Shown here one piece after another: positions 22,727 to 35,853 of a DNA stretch of 51,161 nucleotides. A program made the translations under genes and the position numbers. Origin of the DNA: Atractiella rhizophila (lineage: Eukaryota). The notes under the pieces were generated by a model. That model worked only from the letters and a program-made list of their open reading frames with translations, did no database searches and was not told where the DNA came from. Within the stretch, counting starts at the first letter, position 1, and every line of letters starts with the position of its first letter. Location: contig MU271240.1 in NCBI GenBank assembly GCA_021432655.1, positions 76,534-127,694 on the forward strand, read 5' to 3'.

Positions 22727-25110
22727 GGTGCTGCTCACATCGGTTTCCCCGCAGGTGTGTTTTTCCTGCACCACTCAAGGTAGATGTGGTTTTTGCAGCG
22801 CTCCCACCCATAGAGTATATGGGTATTGCAGTACCAATACTGACCGTACATGCTTCTTTTCAAGTGATACGGATACGGAAGTGAAATGAAGTTAATTTCC
22901 AAAATTCTTACTTGTACGGAAGGTACATTATACGGTGTATACGGCATACGGAACAGAAAAAAATGGAATCACCATATCTGCAGTTTCTCGACACCTTGCA
23001 TTAACCATGCCTTCATTGTCATGGTCTCTGAAAGAGTTTCCGCTGACATTGAGCCTCGTTGGTTCATATGGATAAACTTTGCTCATGAGAAAGTCGCTCA
23101 ATACCTGCTGTTGAAGCTGGTATTGCAAGAAGATCTCTTGAAATGAGCTGCAGAATGGGATATGGATCCTCATGTCGCTAAACAAAGCATCATTTAAGTA
23201 ACTAGAATAAAGAAAATAGAAGATATCTAACCTTCCACCATTTGAGAGGGTCACGGTCCTTTTTGAGCTTGACAGCAGAGAACTGGTCAATTTCATGGAG
23301 GCTATCCTCAAGGTCTTCATGCAATGGGAGATCAACGAGAACACCATACTCCTCTCCATTTTCATCTGAACCCATGCCCTTAAGCTCCTTCCCCGCTCTC
23401 TGATCCTCTTCTTCACTCATGTCTTCCCTGCTTCCGGCAGTCTTCACCTGACGGTTGTACTCCATCTTAACCTTCCCCTTTACCAAATCTTTGAACTCTT
23501 GATCGTAAACTTCTTCAAAGAAAGCCAGCCCATAACGTGGATCCATAGCTATGACAAAACCACATTTTAAAGGCATCAGATTGCATTTGAGGCATGCTAA
23601 GAGAGGCCAAGTTGATCAGACGAACCTGTAGCAAGTTGGTAGCATCACTTGTCTTTCATAATGTTGTAGCATTTGTCGAGCTTCTTGATGGATGCTTCGG
23701 CTGCCGAATGCCATGCTGCCATTGGTGGGTCATTTTTGAGCTTGAACTGTATGCACCGCAAGCATTCGAACATGGGGAGGACTTGGGACAGACATGCATC
23801 TTCTTTCTCCAGGAGGAGAGTTGTCTCCCTGAAGGGCTGAGCATAAGCACGTTGTTGATGATGAGACAGCGCAAGTTCGGGATGAATGTAAGAAGACGCA
23901 CCTTTCGGCCAGGAGCAACAACTTTTACTTCCTTCCACTGAGACTCTGTCATTGCATACCATCCCTAGTTATCAATGAATTTATAGACAAATTTATGAAG
24001 TGCCTGTGCAGATAGGACACATTAGTAATATACAAAGGTGTCAAGCAGGAGACATACCTGTTTTAAACAAACCCTCTGGTTAAACATTATACTCTGAGTT
24101 CCATCGGGTAGTATTGTTACGCTTTGGCATAACGCCACGCTTAATATGGCTGTCTGGGTAGGTCTCTTGTAAGACTTTCTTGAACTCCGACCCGATTCAG
24201 TGTTGAACGGATGATGTGACAGAGTTTGAAGAGCTAGAATTACAATCACAATGTTGAAACATAGAATAAGGTGAGTAAGCACTGATTCTGTGTCTGCCAT
24301 TTACTCTTCTTCACAAAAAGACGTTGCTTTAGGCAATTCTCCCCATCTTCTTCTTCCACACCCTACAACACATCCTCCCAGTCCAACTCTTCAATGTCAG
24401 AGAGCTGGTCATTACCAGTGCACAACTCCACCTCTTCTTCTTCAACCATATCCGTTTCATCTGTTCCCCACAGACCTAGGTTTTTATCCTTTAGGTAATG
24501 ATCTTCAACATCAGGAGAATTCCCAACCCCCATGGCAGAAAGACCAGCCTAAGCAGAAGGGCAATGGCATGAAGGGAACAGCCATTGTGTCGCTTGTTGG
24601 CTTCCCAAAGATCATCCGGATCGGAGGAGATAAGGCCCGCTTGTAGGAATAACATAGCAGTGACGATATTTGAAGTGTGATCTGATCCAATGTTTCCTAG
24701 CCATCCATATGCCACATTAAAACTTGCAACTCACGGAATTAAAAAAAATAGTTATGGACGCACCTAACTTATTACTTATCCGCCAATCAATGATGGTTTG
24801 CTTTAGCCTTCTTGGCAGGTTGAGAGACGTGTGCGATTCCTCTAAGACAGAGCAACGCAGCACTCATTTAATACGCCGCCAGTCTTCATCAATCCAGTAT
24901 CCAATCATGGCGCTGACCACATGCATCGACCCAAGCTCGTCCAGCAGTCTGTATTAATGTGGATTTCGCCGTTATATGCCTTTGACCGTTGAGTTAAGAA
25001 ACTTCTTTAACCTCAAGCAAGGACTTACATCTATCTCTTGTTGCATCTGCACCTTCAATGCAGAGTGAAGGCGGGAGGCCCAAGTTCATGCTGTTGTCAT
25101 GGCGTAAACC
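22727..25110 (-). mobile_element. hAT DNA transposon relic with an intron-containing transposase pseudogene
   Basis: IDCWTS (first D), IGSDHTSN (second D), GCSLHAIAL (CxxH), TRWNS, LQPFRETT, MDPRY, DPLKWWK, LAIPASTAGIER (dimerisation domain); TACGG subterminal repeats 22867-22950; candidate terminus TAGGTGCTG at about 22727. Confidence 0.8.
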
Positions 25111-25494
25111 TTAACGGTCTCATCAAGAAATCCTCTAAGGTCCTTGAACCCAGTTACTCTGAGGAATAGTAGTAGGGTTAACGGATCGCCAGAACTCGTT
25201 GAATGAGATATTTGTGGACGTGCCACAGGAACAGAGCGCAGCTAGATGCCGATGGTGAGATAGATGGAGTTGGATCGGAGCAGCAGTGTGCATTCCGTTG
25301 CAGTAGATTAAAGTCTTCCGTATGGTGAAGAGTCATACCATTTACGCAAGGTACCATCCTGCTTAAAGACATCATCTCCCATGTGGGCATGTGGGCTTTC
25401 GGATACCAGGAGGATAGTTTCGACATTCTAAGGTAATTAAAACTTCCGTTGTTTATGATTTTATGATATATGACAGCATTGCATAAGCAAAATC

Positions 25495-28400
25495 TTACAT
25501 CCTGGAACGGGACGTCAGCTTTGGAGCGACAGTGACGCGAGGGGAAAGCATCGAACCATTTCGACAATGTCTCACAAATCGCTCCTCCTGTATGATCTTC
25601 TGAAGCAGATCGTCACATTCTGGTACCCTGGAACTGGCACCGCAATCTGCGTAAAGCTGAATGGCGCAAGTGATTTCTGCCTTCGCGTGGCCGAATTTGG
25701 ACAAATTGAAGAGTGTTTTGGCCAGGTTCTGTCTGCTGCAAGCTTCGTAGTAGCCGCCAGCCGCCTTACTCAACTCGACTGCTTCCTCACTAAAGTGGAT
25801 GGCCTTGAACTTGTTCTGGGAGTCTCGAGAGTAAACGCAACTGATGCTGATAAGGCAGGTCACTTGACCTCCAATGTCTTCCACCAGGAAATACAGGTCC
25901 TTCGCAGCCTTATAATGTTTCAGCGCTTCGTCAATCCGCCCGCGCTGTCGTTCAATGTCTCCAATGTGAAGAATGCAGTGGGCTTGCCCCCGTCGATCTT
26001 CTACCGTCAGATAGAGCTTTTTCGCCTCTTCGATGCATTTCAGCGCTTCTTTCATCCTCCCACAATGCCGCTCAATCTCTCCCAACTTGCGAATGCGGTC
26101 AGCTTGCCCCTGTCGACTTCTACCTTCAAATAGAGCTCCTTTGCCTCTTCGAAACTCTTCAACGCTTTCGCCATTCGCCCGCGCTGCTTCTCCATGTCTC
26201 CCACGGTGTGCATGCTGTGGGCTAGCCGCTGCTGATCTTCCAATACCAGATTCAGCCTCTTTGCCTCGTCAAAATGTTCCAGTGCCTGATGCTCAATACC
26301 CTGATGCTGGAATGCTGAGCTTAGTGCCTTGTTCAGTGCGGCTGTGGATTTTGCTTGGTACTTCATAGATTCTGTGATAGTCAGGGCACATTGGAGCAGT
26401 TTGATCGAGAGAAGATGCTGGTGATCGAGAAAAGGCGCGATTTCCAGTACGAAATGAACCATTGCCATGGGAGCCTCCAAATGTTGAAAGGTAGCAAGAA
26501 GAACATATTCCAGATTTGGATAGTCTTTACAGAAAGTCAGCAGCCCTATCTGATCACCTTCTTTGAACAGTTTGACACTTTCCCGAGCTTTATCAATGAC
26601 ATGCTGAGCCACAAGTTCAAGAGATGAGGCAATGACTTTGGAAGAAGTTCTCTGGACCAAATGGTCGTTGATGTATTCGCGAATTGGCACAAGCATGCCC
26701 AACCGTGTTGAATGTGCGAAGGGATCGTCAGTTTGTTCAGCCAGTCCGACAGACAAAATCGAATTGATGATCCTATCTGACTCATTCACATCATTAGGAA
26801 GTCGGGCTTTGTCCATAATAGCTATGATATCACTTTCGAGAAGCCCGTCCGGAGTCCAGGACAGGATGGCGAGGATAAACTCGCTTAAGTCCCATTGCTT
26901 TCGGAGCAGAGGTGAAGCGAGTGAAAGTTTTATCGATGCCACAAGAGGTGAGGCTTTCTCGACGTAACTCCTTCCCCCCCATCCGAAATATTGCCATGCC
27001 CCCCTCTCCTGCTCCCACTCACGTGACAAAGTTGAGATACTTCTTGTGGATTCGTTCGCACGGAGGAGAAAAAGCTTGATAAGCAAGGCATGATGATCCA
27101 AATACCCGAAAAGTCTGTCAAGCAGCGTTTGCGAGCACACTTCTTTTCCAGTGTATGTGAACCTGAACAACTCCAACCCGGCAGCATTGCTCAGGCCTCC
27201 AATGTTCAGTTCTTCATATTTCACAGCTGTGGCATCCACTGTATAGACCCGGTATCCTCGATGCGCAACAATGAGAATGGATCCCGAGGCATAGCTGGCA
27301 GAAAGAAGTGCTTGAAAAAATACCTGGAGGTTGCCCTCGTCCGAACCTGCGGGGGTCTCAAAGTTATCCAAGACAAGGAGACACGTGTGATCGTTGAAAT
27401 ATTTTGCAATGGCAGCGAGTTCTTTTTCACTGGGTTGAGGGACTATTCCGAAGACTTCCCTGCAAAGTTTGGTTCAGAGCAATGAAAACGTTGTGCAAGC
27501 GTCGCATTGCACCCAAAAGCGAAAATCTTGCTTCCGATCATCATGATTAGTTATGAATCTATCTCTGACATCCCTGGCATGCAAGACATGTCGAGCCACG
27601 GTAGACTTTCCGTTGCCAGCACCGCCAATGATTGCAAGATGTTTCCTGTCAGTGAGGATGCAATTGACGGCCTTCTTAATTTCGTCATCTCTTCCATAAC
27701 AAACTCCTGGAATTGGCAGTGGAAGCTTCGTTCGCACTGCAATGCGATCTGTACAGACTAAACGGGAAAAATCAGCATGCAGCCATCATGCAGTCACCAA
27801 GAATACCTTGCACGAGCGACTTAGCCGCGGCGGTCACTTCATGATGCATCGATTCCATGTAAGCCTTCGTGCACCTACAACATCGCTCTTTTGCGTCATT
27901 TTATCCCATTGGATGTCCTCAAATGTATCAACTGAGAACCGATGATAGCAATGACCCATCTCACGGTCCTGCATCTTCACCCTTACTTGGAATTGTGAGG
28001 ATAAATTGTTGTAGTGGTTGGTGGTGGTGTCGAAGTAGAATATGGTCGCAGAAGTGAGTAATTTGATGATGTCGAGGGGGTTTAATGGGAGGTTTCGAGG
28101 TGGTTTTGATCCAATGATTTCGTTCCTATAACATTTCCAAGTCTTGCTGTCATCCGTTGGCGCAAAGCATATGACCTCCCATTTGTGAAGTGAATCGCTT
28201 GCATGTCTTCTTTCCATCCCTTGCTGACGAGTACGTCAAACGATCACCCTGCATCCAGAATCTCGAACTGCATCTTGGCCAGTTGTGGGTTGTTGATAAC
28301 TGCTGGCCAAGTTGTTATCCGGCCAATTGGTAAAGCTACTGATCTATTCCCAATTATCAGCGAACTGTTTGACGGAAGGGAGGGGGGGCAGGTTTCTTTG

Positions 28401-29005
28401 GTTCTTTAGATAAAAGTCCTTGCTCATCAGAATTTTTGGTAACCTCCTCAACCATGATCACCCACGTTGATGCGAACCCTTCCAGTGTCCCTGTCCGAGC
28501 TGTTCCAACTTCAATAGTGATGCGATGCGAAACAACTTCCCACTTGTCCACTTTTTTAGCGCTTCTAAGTGTTCTTCCGTTGTCGCCTCTCGAGGAGCCT
28601 TTCTCAGCAGTTCATATCCTTGTGCCAATAGTCTCTGTTCTTCGGTTATGATTGGTATTCCTTCGTCCTCGTGCATGGTTCAGTTTGACACTGCCGATAG
28701 TGCAGGGGGTCGCAGTGGTAGCTGACAGAATCTCACATGTTGCCTTGTTCTCATTTTCGGTAGGCTTTCATTTGATTCTGTACTCAATTCTGAGTTGGCT
28801 AATGCAGCCGGGGGGGTATATGTGGCTGGTGCCGTTTCCGCACAATCTGTCGTTGTACCTCTGCTGGGTTCACTTTATTGGTTCTTGCCTTGCTATTGAC
28901 TGCAACCTCTGTCGATGGGGAAGTTGGTTTTTGTCTTGGTGGCGGTGTTTGCATGTCGGATGGGTTATAAGGTGGTGATATCTCTCAATCTGATTCGTCA
29001 GACAT
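25495..29005 (-). pseudogene. NLR-like gene: degenerate patatin-like N-terminus, STAND/NB-ARC-type NTPase, TPR repeats
   Basis: Patatin-like remnants (LLTSATIFYFD; YHRFSVDTFEDIQWD); CYGRDDEI; Walker A GGAGNGKST; Walker B LLVLDNFETP; IKLSLASP; MLVPIREYI; 40-aa TPR repeats. In-frame TGA at 27474-27476, 1-bp deletion at 26116/26117, several N-terminal stops. Confidence 0.8.
25860..26300 (-). repeat. 120-bp (40-aa) TPR tandem repeats of the NLR
   Basis: GCTTGCCCC recurs at 25982 and 26102; peptide unit AL..FEEAK.LYL.VED..GQA.C...IGDIE...GR. Confidence 0.85.
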
Positions 29006-29094
29006 GAGAGATGGTGTGTTGCTCTCCAACCAGTACTGGTGATTCACTTACTCCCAAACCAGTGGTGGTCTGGGAGGGCATGCTCTTGCAAGGC

Positions 29095-30880
29095 TTAGGC
29101 AAGAGCCTGCACCATCCCACCAGTTGTTGCCTGCCGAAATTCCATTCGAAAACTAGACCGGACCTGCCCGCTAGAGGGGACCGACACTAGGAATTTTTCT
29201 ATCCCTCTTCTCTTTAAACTCTCTACTAACTTCTTCGGCGGCAGGAACAACCCATCTATTTTGATGAATGAGGAGATTTTATTCTTGATAGGAGTAACAA
29301 CAGGTATTTCCCTTTTCTCTAGAATGTTTGACCATCCTACCACCTCATCTATCCTTGCCTTAGGTGCTAGATACGTAAGATGATAAGCGGACCGTATCAG
29401 TTTGCAGGAGGCAGATACTCGCCTTTCTTCATGGTCTGTGACTTTGAGATCCTTTCCCAGTTCCTCCGTGATGAACATGTACTCCCACTCCCATCCTTCC
29501 ATCACTTCATCCTCGGCCTCCTTGTCCCCTTCCCATTCCACTGACTCCGCTAGCCATCTTGATTCATGAAGAACTTCCAGCTTCTGCAACTCCATCAAAA
29601 TTGCTTTTCAATTTGGGGGACCAGTGGCACATTACAACGGTGGCTTCTACCTCCCCATTCCATACCGCAAATGTTACACTCGTTTGTGTTGGCTGGAAGG
29701 ATTCCTGGCAAGAGGGGAAACAGGCTTAGAGGAGACCCTGCTATGCCCCTGTCAACGAATCATTTGAATGTTGTGTTCTATGCTGCTCACTCGTTCGAAA
29801 GGTAGTTTCTCCACGCTCTGTGTTCAATTCTGGTTGGAATTAAGGGTGAGGATAGTCGCAGTTCGATGATCGTCCTGTGCATTACAAGGGAATGTTGAAA
29901 TGATGGATTCGGACAGTTCTGCGTAAAGGGTTGCTGTGTCGTTGAAGGTTTGAATGACATCTTACTGCTTTTCCATATCGCGAACATCTCCTTCTTCTCC
30001 TTTGCTCTCTCCTCTTTCTCTTTCAGTCGCTCCTCTTTTTCCTTTCTTGCTTCCCTAAAGTCCGGCCCCAGGCTCACCTCTGACAGTTTCGCAACCGTAT
30101 CCGCTACTTTTCTAACCATCATAAGGCCGATGAGGTGGGTTCGGATAGTCGAGGGAAAGAATCCTTGAGTTTCTGAGCTAGCACAGGTTCGTTCTGATAA
30201 TCACCCAAGAGGGCCACAAATCGCAACTTGACTTGGAGGGCATATGAGATGTGTTGTAGTACCTGCTGGCATTCTGGGTTTGATGGGTCAAGCAGAACCC
30301 TCTTTTCAAGTTCCTGTCCCTCGCTTCCGTATTTGTCTAGCAGTGCCTCCAATTCCTGATACTGCATGAGACCTTGCTGCACCTACACTCTTGGTGGTGT
30401 AAACACCCCCTCTATCTGTTTGCACACCTCTTCCAGCGACTGCTAACTTGTTCCACAAACCCTCATGTCCCTCCTTCGTTGTTGAAGCGCATACAGAATG
30501 TGATCGTTGGCCTGGAGCAACCTCTCCAACCACTCCATAGCCTTCATCAGACTATACCGTTCTACCTCCCTGACCTCTCCGACTTCATCCTCTTTTTCAA
30601 CCATACTTCGAAATACCCCCCCTTCTCTCCCCTTCTGCTCCTTATGGTAGGCTAGGACGTTAACCAGGAAACTTCTCAATTCCTCCCGTTTCCCGCTCCA
30701 AGCTGTTACGTTTTAATACTTACCTCCCTCTCTCTCCTCCGACGTTCCTCTCTCTCTCTGTTCCTTATTATCCGTTCTTAATTCGCTCAACTCCATTAAA
30801 AGTGTCATCTGCATTCTGTCTTCTCCTTCTCCCCCCTCATCATCCATCCCTGATCTTCCTTCCCCTTGCTCCTGATCCAT
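29095..30880 (-). pseudogene. Gypsy gag (and protease start) relic
   Basis: Broken ORFs (TAWSGKREELRSFL...AMEWL; CNICG..H..C) directly downstream of the 5' LTR. Confidence 0.55.
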
Positions 30881-31160
30881 CAGGAATCTCTTGTTGAATG
30901 TGAGGTCTAAGGTGTGAATTGTCAGTAGGGGTGTTAGTGTGTCGGAGGTTTGTTCTGGTGACGGTGAGCTGATCAGTGAGATCTGTGTGAGGAGGGGGTG
31001 CTCTTCGTTCAGCTATGGGAGAGAGACGATGTGTGAGACTCTACTGCAAAAAGCGAGTTCTTTTAGCTTGACTAGAACAAGAACTAAGAGGCTCAATCAA
31101 TAAATGAGAGCTTAAACGAAAAGGAGAGACAGGAACCAGCTTTTGCTAGCCACACTGAAG

Positions 31161-31955
31161 TGTAGGGCCGCTTATCAAGCTATTTGGTCTCAGAATAAAG
31201 ACAATGGATCTTACAGGGGCGCTTCTACGGCCCCGGGAACTTACCTCGATTCTTACCGCGCTTTCTGCTCTGAGTGCCACGTAAGATGATGAGGAATAAG
31301 ATGAATTTACATTAACAAGTGAGGCCTCTTTTATAGGCCAATGAATCAGAAAAAAGATCAAACAACATCGCGGGAAAACCCGTAATACATGGGTAGATAG
31401 AAATATGGAATAATCAGAAAGCATGGAACGAAGAGGAAGCTGAAGGAAATCAAATGAGTCTCACCAGGGAATCGACGGATCTAGCCTTCCAGCTTCTGGA
31501 TAAGGCTAAAATACCATGCAGTTATCCTTCCCCTTTCACCCGGTCGATTGTACGCACTTGGAGCCGACAGGAGAGGTATAGAGAGACAGGAGGAGTTGTG
31601 AGATGTCAAGTGGTCGATGGGGCTTCCAAATTAGGCAGTAGCCGCTTCCAGAATAGGAAGGTGTTGCTGCATTTGAGTGAGTTGACCCTTGTATCTCACA
31701 CGATGAGAGGGGGGGTATGGGCAGGAGCGGCGGGTGTTCTTGATAAGGTGCGAGGTGGGTGAGTGTGATCGCAGCAAGGTGAGATGGGAGGGGTCCTGAT
31801 GGTACGATTTCTGGGGGCCGGCGCGGCTGTGGCCAGGTTCAGGTGCAGGCTAGCCACCTATAGCGGTTCTCAAGATGGGGATTGGGTGTGAGCGAGAGAT
31901 GGTGGATGTAGCTTAGCTTTCATTCTATGGATTGTACATGTTTGTGCCTGACACA
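31161..31955 (-). repeat. 5' LTR of the Gypsy relic
   Basis: Starts TG at 31955; TATA-like CCTATAAAAG near 31330; probable end GCCCTACA at 31161; first ~97 bp repeated at 21975-22071. Confidence 0.6.
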
Positions 31956-32273
31956 CCGGTAGGACGGTTGGCGATTTTGGTCTCGTGTAAGGAAGTGGAG
32001 CTCAGGCTGCTTGCTGTTAGGTGCCAGAAGGTGCTTAGTCTCCTACCTAACGTTCTCGGATGAGTTTGAGATTAAGTCGCCCATTGAAGGCCTTGCTACA
32101 CATTATTCAAAGTGTGAAAAAGCCCCGCTCTGTGTCTCAGAAGGTTGGGAAGTCCACCTGGTTCTCGCTTGTTCTCGCCTGGCCATGCTGGTTTCAGGTT
32201 TGATTCATTCCGTGAGCACTTTCTTTCCCTGATCCAAGATATTGAAATGCTGATCATGCCCTTTAGATATATC

Positions 32274-33264
32274 TGTTAGGGCTGACACTATGTGCGGTCG
32301 CTGAAGGGCAATACGTCTGTAGTGGAGGTAAACCTAAGTGAACAGTATGGCATGAAAAGACTAACCTGTAGTGGAGGTAAACCTAAGAGAATACTCTGAG
32401 GTCACCACCACTACATCTCGATGTATATATACATATGTGAAGGCACTGCCATAAACTGTAACATACGTTTCTTGAAACATGTAAGATAGCTAGATCAGGA
32501 AAGTAATAAAGGGAATACTCGGAAATAAGATATACTGGGTAGTACTAGTGAGAAAGGACAATAAGGCGAAAATGGAGACGGTGCAGACCGGCGAAATGTA
32601 TAAGGTTTGCTGAGCGGCGATTCGCATGAGAAAGGGGAAAGCGTGTCAGGCTTGCCCCTACGCATTACCGAAATGCACCATCCGAAGTCACGTGACCTAC
32701 TTTACCACGCCATAGGATCACGCTCCTGCCCATCGCCGCTTTGCTCACGTTCTCGCTGATCGCCGCCTTCCCCTGTCTCACACGAATCGCCGCTCAGCAA
32801 ACCTTAAACATTTCGCCGGTCTGCACCGTCTCCATTATTGCTTTATTGTCCTTTCTCATTTGTACTGCTTAGTATGTCTTATTTCCGAGTTTTCCCTTTA
32901 TTGCCTTCCTGATCTAGCTCTCTTACATGTTTCAAGAAACTTATGATACAGTTTATGGCAGTGCTTTTACATACGTATATATACATCGAGATGTAGTGGT
33001 GGTGACCTCAGAGTATTCTCTTAGGTTTACCTCCACTACAGGTTAGTCTCCTCATGCCATACTATTCGCTTAGGTTTACCTCCACTACAGATACAGACGC
33101 ATCGCCCGTTGGCGACTGCACATAGTGTCAGCCCTAACAAAGCGGCAAACAGCGCAGACATGAGCAAAGCGGCGATGGGTAGGCACGTGATCTCATGATG
33201 TGGTAAAGTGGGTCACGTGACCTCAGATGATGCATTTCGGTACTGCGTAGGGGCAAGTCTGACA
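32274..33264 (-). mobile_element. Solo LTR (family A, minus), interrupted by a second copy
   Basis: TGTTAGGGCTGACA at 32274 and ...GTCTGACA ending 33264; perfect TSD ATATC (32269-32273, 33265-33269). Confidence 0.9.
32644..33139 (+). mobile_element. Solo LTR (family A, plus) nested antisense inside the previous LTR
   Basis: TGTCAGG...GCCCTAACA; perfect TSD AAGCG (32639-32643, 33140-33144). Confidence 0.92.
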
Positions 33265-33285
33265 ATATCAATGTAAATTCCGCAA

Positions 33286-33483
33286 TCTATTCTTCTAAGA
33301 GCGTTGCGTTTCTTGGCATGAGTCATAAGATGCACTTTTAACCCCTCGCACCTCCCTCACCATGCCCAGTAGAATGAAATGAAATATGCCATCATAACCC
33401 ATATGCTTGCCCCATCTGAACCTGCAAGGAAATTTTATTCTGAAGGTGTAAAAAATGTGTTTCATATTGGACTCAAACCCTTA
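33286..33483 (+). repeat. ~200-bp repeat with an inverted copy at 41462-41660
   Basis: Shared blocks TTCTTGGCATGAGT, CCATATGCTTGCC, TCTGAACCTGCAAG, TTTTATTCTGAA and TGGACTCAAAC in opposite orientations. Confidence 0.85.
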
Positions 33484-34006
33484 CATGAGTCAGAGTAGGG
33501 TTCAAGGGGCCATGCCCTTGCGAGTGGGTTGGGCGGCCTGAGGGACGAAGGCTGCTGATGCACTTGTTTTACCCAAACCTTGTCCAAGCATCTTTCGCTC
33601 AGAAAAGCGGCTACCTCTCCTTCCTTGTCCCCTCATCAACAACTGTCTTGTATTTTGTTCTTCGTTGTCATAAAATGGCTGAACCCACCACCAGACCATC
33701 ACAGCAGCAGACCTTCATTGATATGGTGAAGAAGAATACAGCTCTTAGTGACAAACTCGGAAAAGGAAGGAGCAAAAGGCGAAGTAAGGATCCTTTGCAC
33801 TTTGTTGGATATACTGTATACTGATACTAATCTAATTGGTGAGATAGGCATGCTAAGATTCCCGGTTATGAGCATCTCCAGCTTCTCATAAGTGCCTCTC
33901 ACAACATGAGAAAGCACAATGACTATGAACATTGGCCCTTGATTTTGCCACTACACATTTCTTCATTTTCTATGGATAATGTATGGGCCTAACTACAAAG
34001 ACAGGT

Positions 34007-34440
34007 TGTCAGGCTTGCCCCTGCACATTACCGAAATGCACCAATCTAAGTCACATGACCTACTTCATAGAATCACGTGTCTACTCATCGTCGCATTGCG
34101 AACAACTACGCTCTCCGCCGCTTTCCCTCTTCTCATACGAATCGCCACTCAGTAAACGTTGTACATTTCGCCAGTCTGCACCCTCACCATTTTCGTCTTG
34201 AAGTCCTTTCTCACTTGTCCCACTTAGGATATCTTATTTCCGATTATTCCCTATGTTACTTTCCTGATTTAGATACTCTATATGTTTCACGAGATATACT
34301 TCGCAGTTTATGGCGGTGCCATTACATATGTATATATACATCAAGATGTAGTGGTGATGACCTTAGAGTATTCTCTTAGGTTTATCTCCCATTACAGACG
34401 CATCGCCCGTCGGCAACCATATATCGTATCAGCCCTAACA
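34007..34440 (+). mobile_element. Solo LTR (family A)
   Basis: TGTCAGG...GCCCTAACA; TSD CAGGT/CAAGT (1 mismatch). Confidence 0.88.
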
Positions 34441-34489
34441 CAAGTATTCAGGTCAATGTACCATTTTTAAGAAAGTGACATCACTTCTT

Positions 34490-35800
34490 TATGATCTTGA
34501 ATCCATGGCAGAAGACAATGAAGCCTATTCCACTTGGCATTATCCGGTTGGTGACCTACAGCAGCTGTTATCAGTTTTTAGCAGGGCATCAAAGCCCTTT
34601 ATACTCTGTTGGATGCTCTGCTGAAGCTGAATGCCTTATAGGTAGTGCCCAAAGTCTTGTTCTATGGGCTACATGTGCTCTGCTGCTCAGCATATTCATG
34701 CAGGTTTGGCTGTGAAAGGTCTGGTCAACCACATCAAAGAAGACACAGCCTTTCAGGATGAATCTGAAGACTCTGCTATCGTCATGCTAGACCATGAAGC
34801 GGGAACCCCAGGCAAGAAGATTGACAATGACGAAGTGGCAGACAATCTTTAAAAGAAGCAGGTGCCAAAGTGGAGAAACTAGAAGAGGCAAAAGGTATGT
34901 CGTCATCATACTTAGTTCCCTTGCCCTTACTTAGATCCATATAGGTTACTAGAGGTATAGAACAGGGCTCAGACGGAGAAGGAGTTGTTCCCACTTCCTT
35001 ACTCAAAACAACAGCGCAAGAAAAGTTGGTGATGGATTTGATATGATATGTTTTGATTCCAGCCGATAAGTTCTCTATTGTTGATCCTCTATTTTCACAA
35101 GCTGACAACAGTCAACCGTGCAAGTGCCACAGTTTGAGCACAACATCAAGAGGTGCTAGGTATTATCAATGTAACCATTGCATACACATTGTCTGTGTCT
35201 CCAAAGCAAGCAATTCCAACCACAAAGGCTTGTCAAACATCTTCACAATCTTCCAGCCATCAGAATTCTCTGGTACAGTTTTATGCTCTTCTTAAGACCA
35301 AGAAGGACAATAATCTGGAGAGAACACAAGAGGACCTTGACAAGGCAGCCAGAGGAACCAAGGTCTGTCACCTTTTGACCTAGTGTTTGGCTATAACTAC
35401 TGAGCTGCCTCCTCTAAATAGATCACAGATTCAGATGGCAAAACTGCTCTCATGCAATCTGAGCATGTCGATAATATCCTACAGTGCTTAGAACAGCTGT
35501 ATAGGTCTCAGGTTTGTCTTTTGTCCGCACTAGATGCTCCATGTCCTTGACATCTGATTACAGCAGTTTGACTAACGGGTCTTCGACAACGTCCTTCAAA
35601 AACTTATCGTATCAACGAACCAACCTTTCTCCTTAATGGAGGATCCCAAGTTCATAGAGTTGGTCTGCTATGCACACTGGACTCCGTCAACCCTGAAAGA
35701 TGTTATAACAAGTGCCAACAGTACTCAAGATGCCACTGTGTACATAGACCAGAAGGATGCCAAGGGCACAAAGAAGCTTGAGTTTCCAAGCTGAAAAGTT
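34490..35800 (+). pseudogene. Scrambled hAT transposase fragments
   Basis: Dimerisation-like GCSAEAECLIGSAQSLVLW (~34610-34680); Cys pair YYQCNHC (BED-like, ~35160); LIVSTNQPFSLMEDPKFIELVCYA (~35600-35675). Confidence 0.55.
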
Positions 35801-35853
35801 ATGAAGAAGAGAATCATGAAGATATGAGAGCAGAGGATTGATGAACTTGGAAA

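Larger units (their letters stand above)
21975..31955 (-). mobile_element. Ty3/Gypsy LTR retrotransposon relic whose pol core is replaced by a hAT relic and an NLR-like gene
   Basis: Direct repeats 21975-22071 and 31858-31955 (LTR 5' ends, TGTG(G/T)CAGGCAC on minus); gag-like broken ORFs 29095-30880; integrase C-terminus 22274-22714. Confidence 0.7.
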
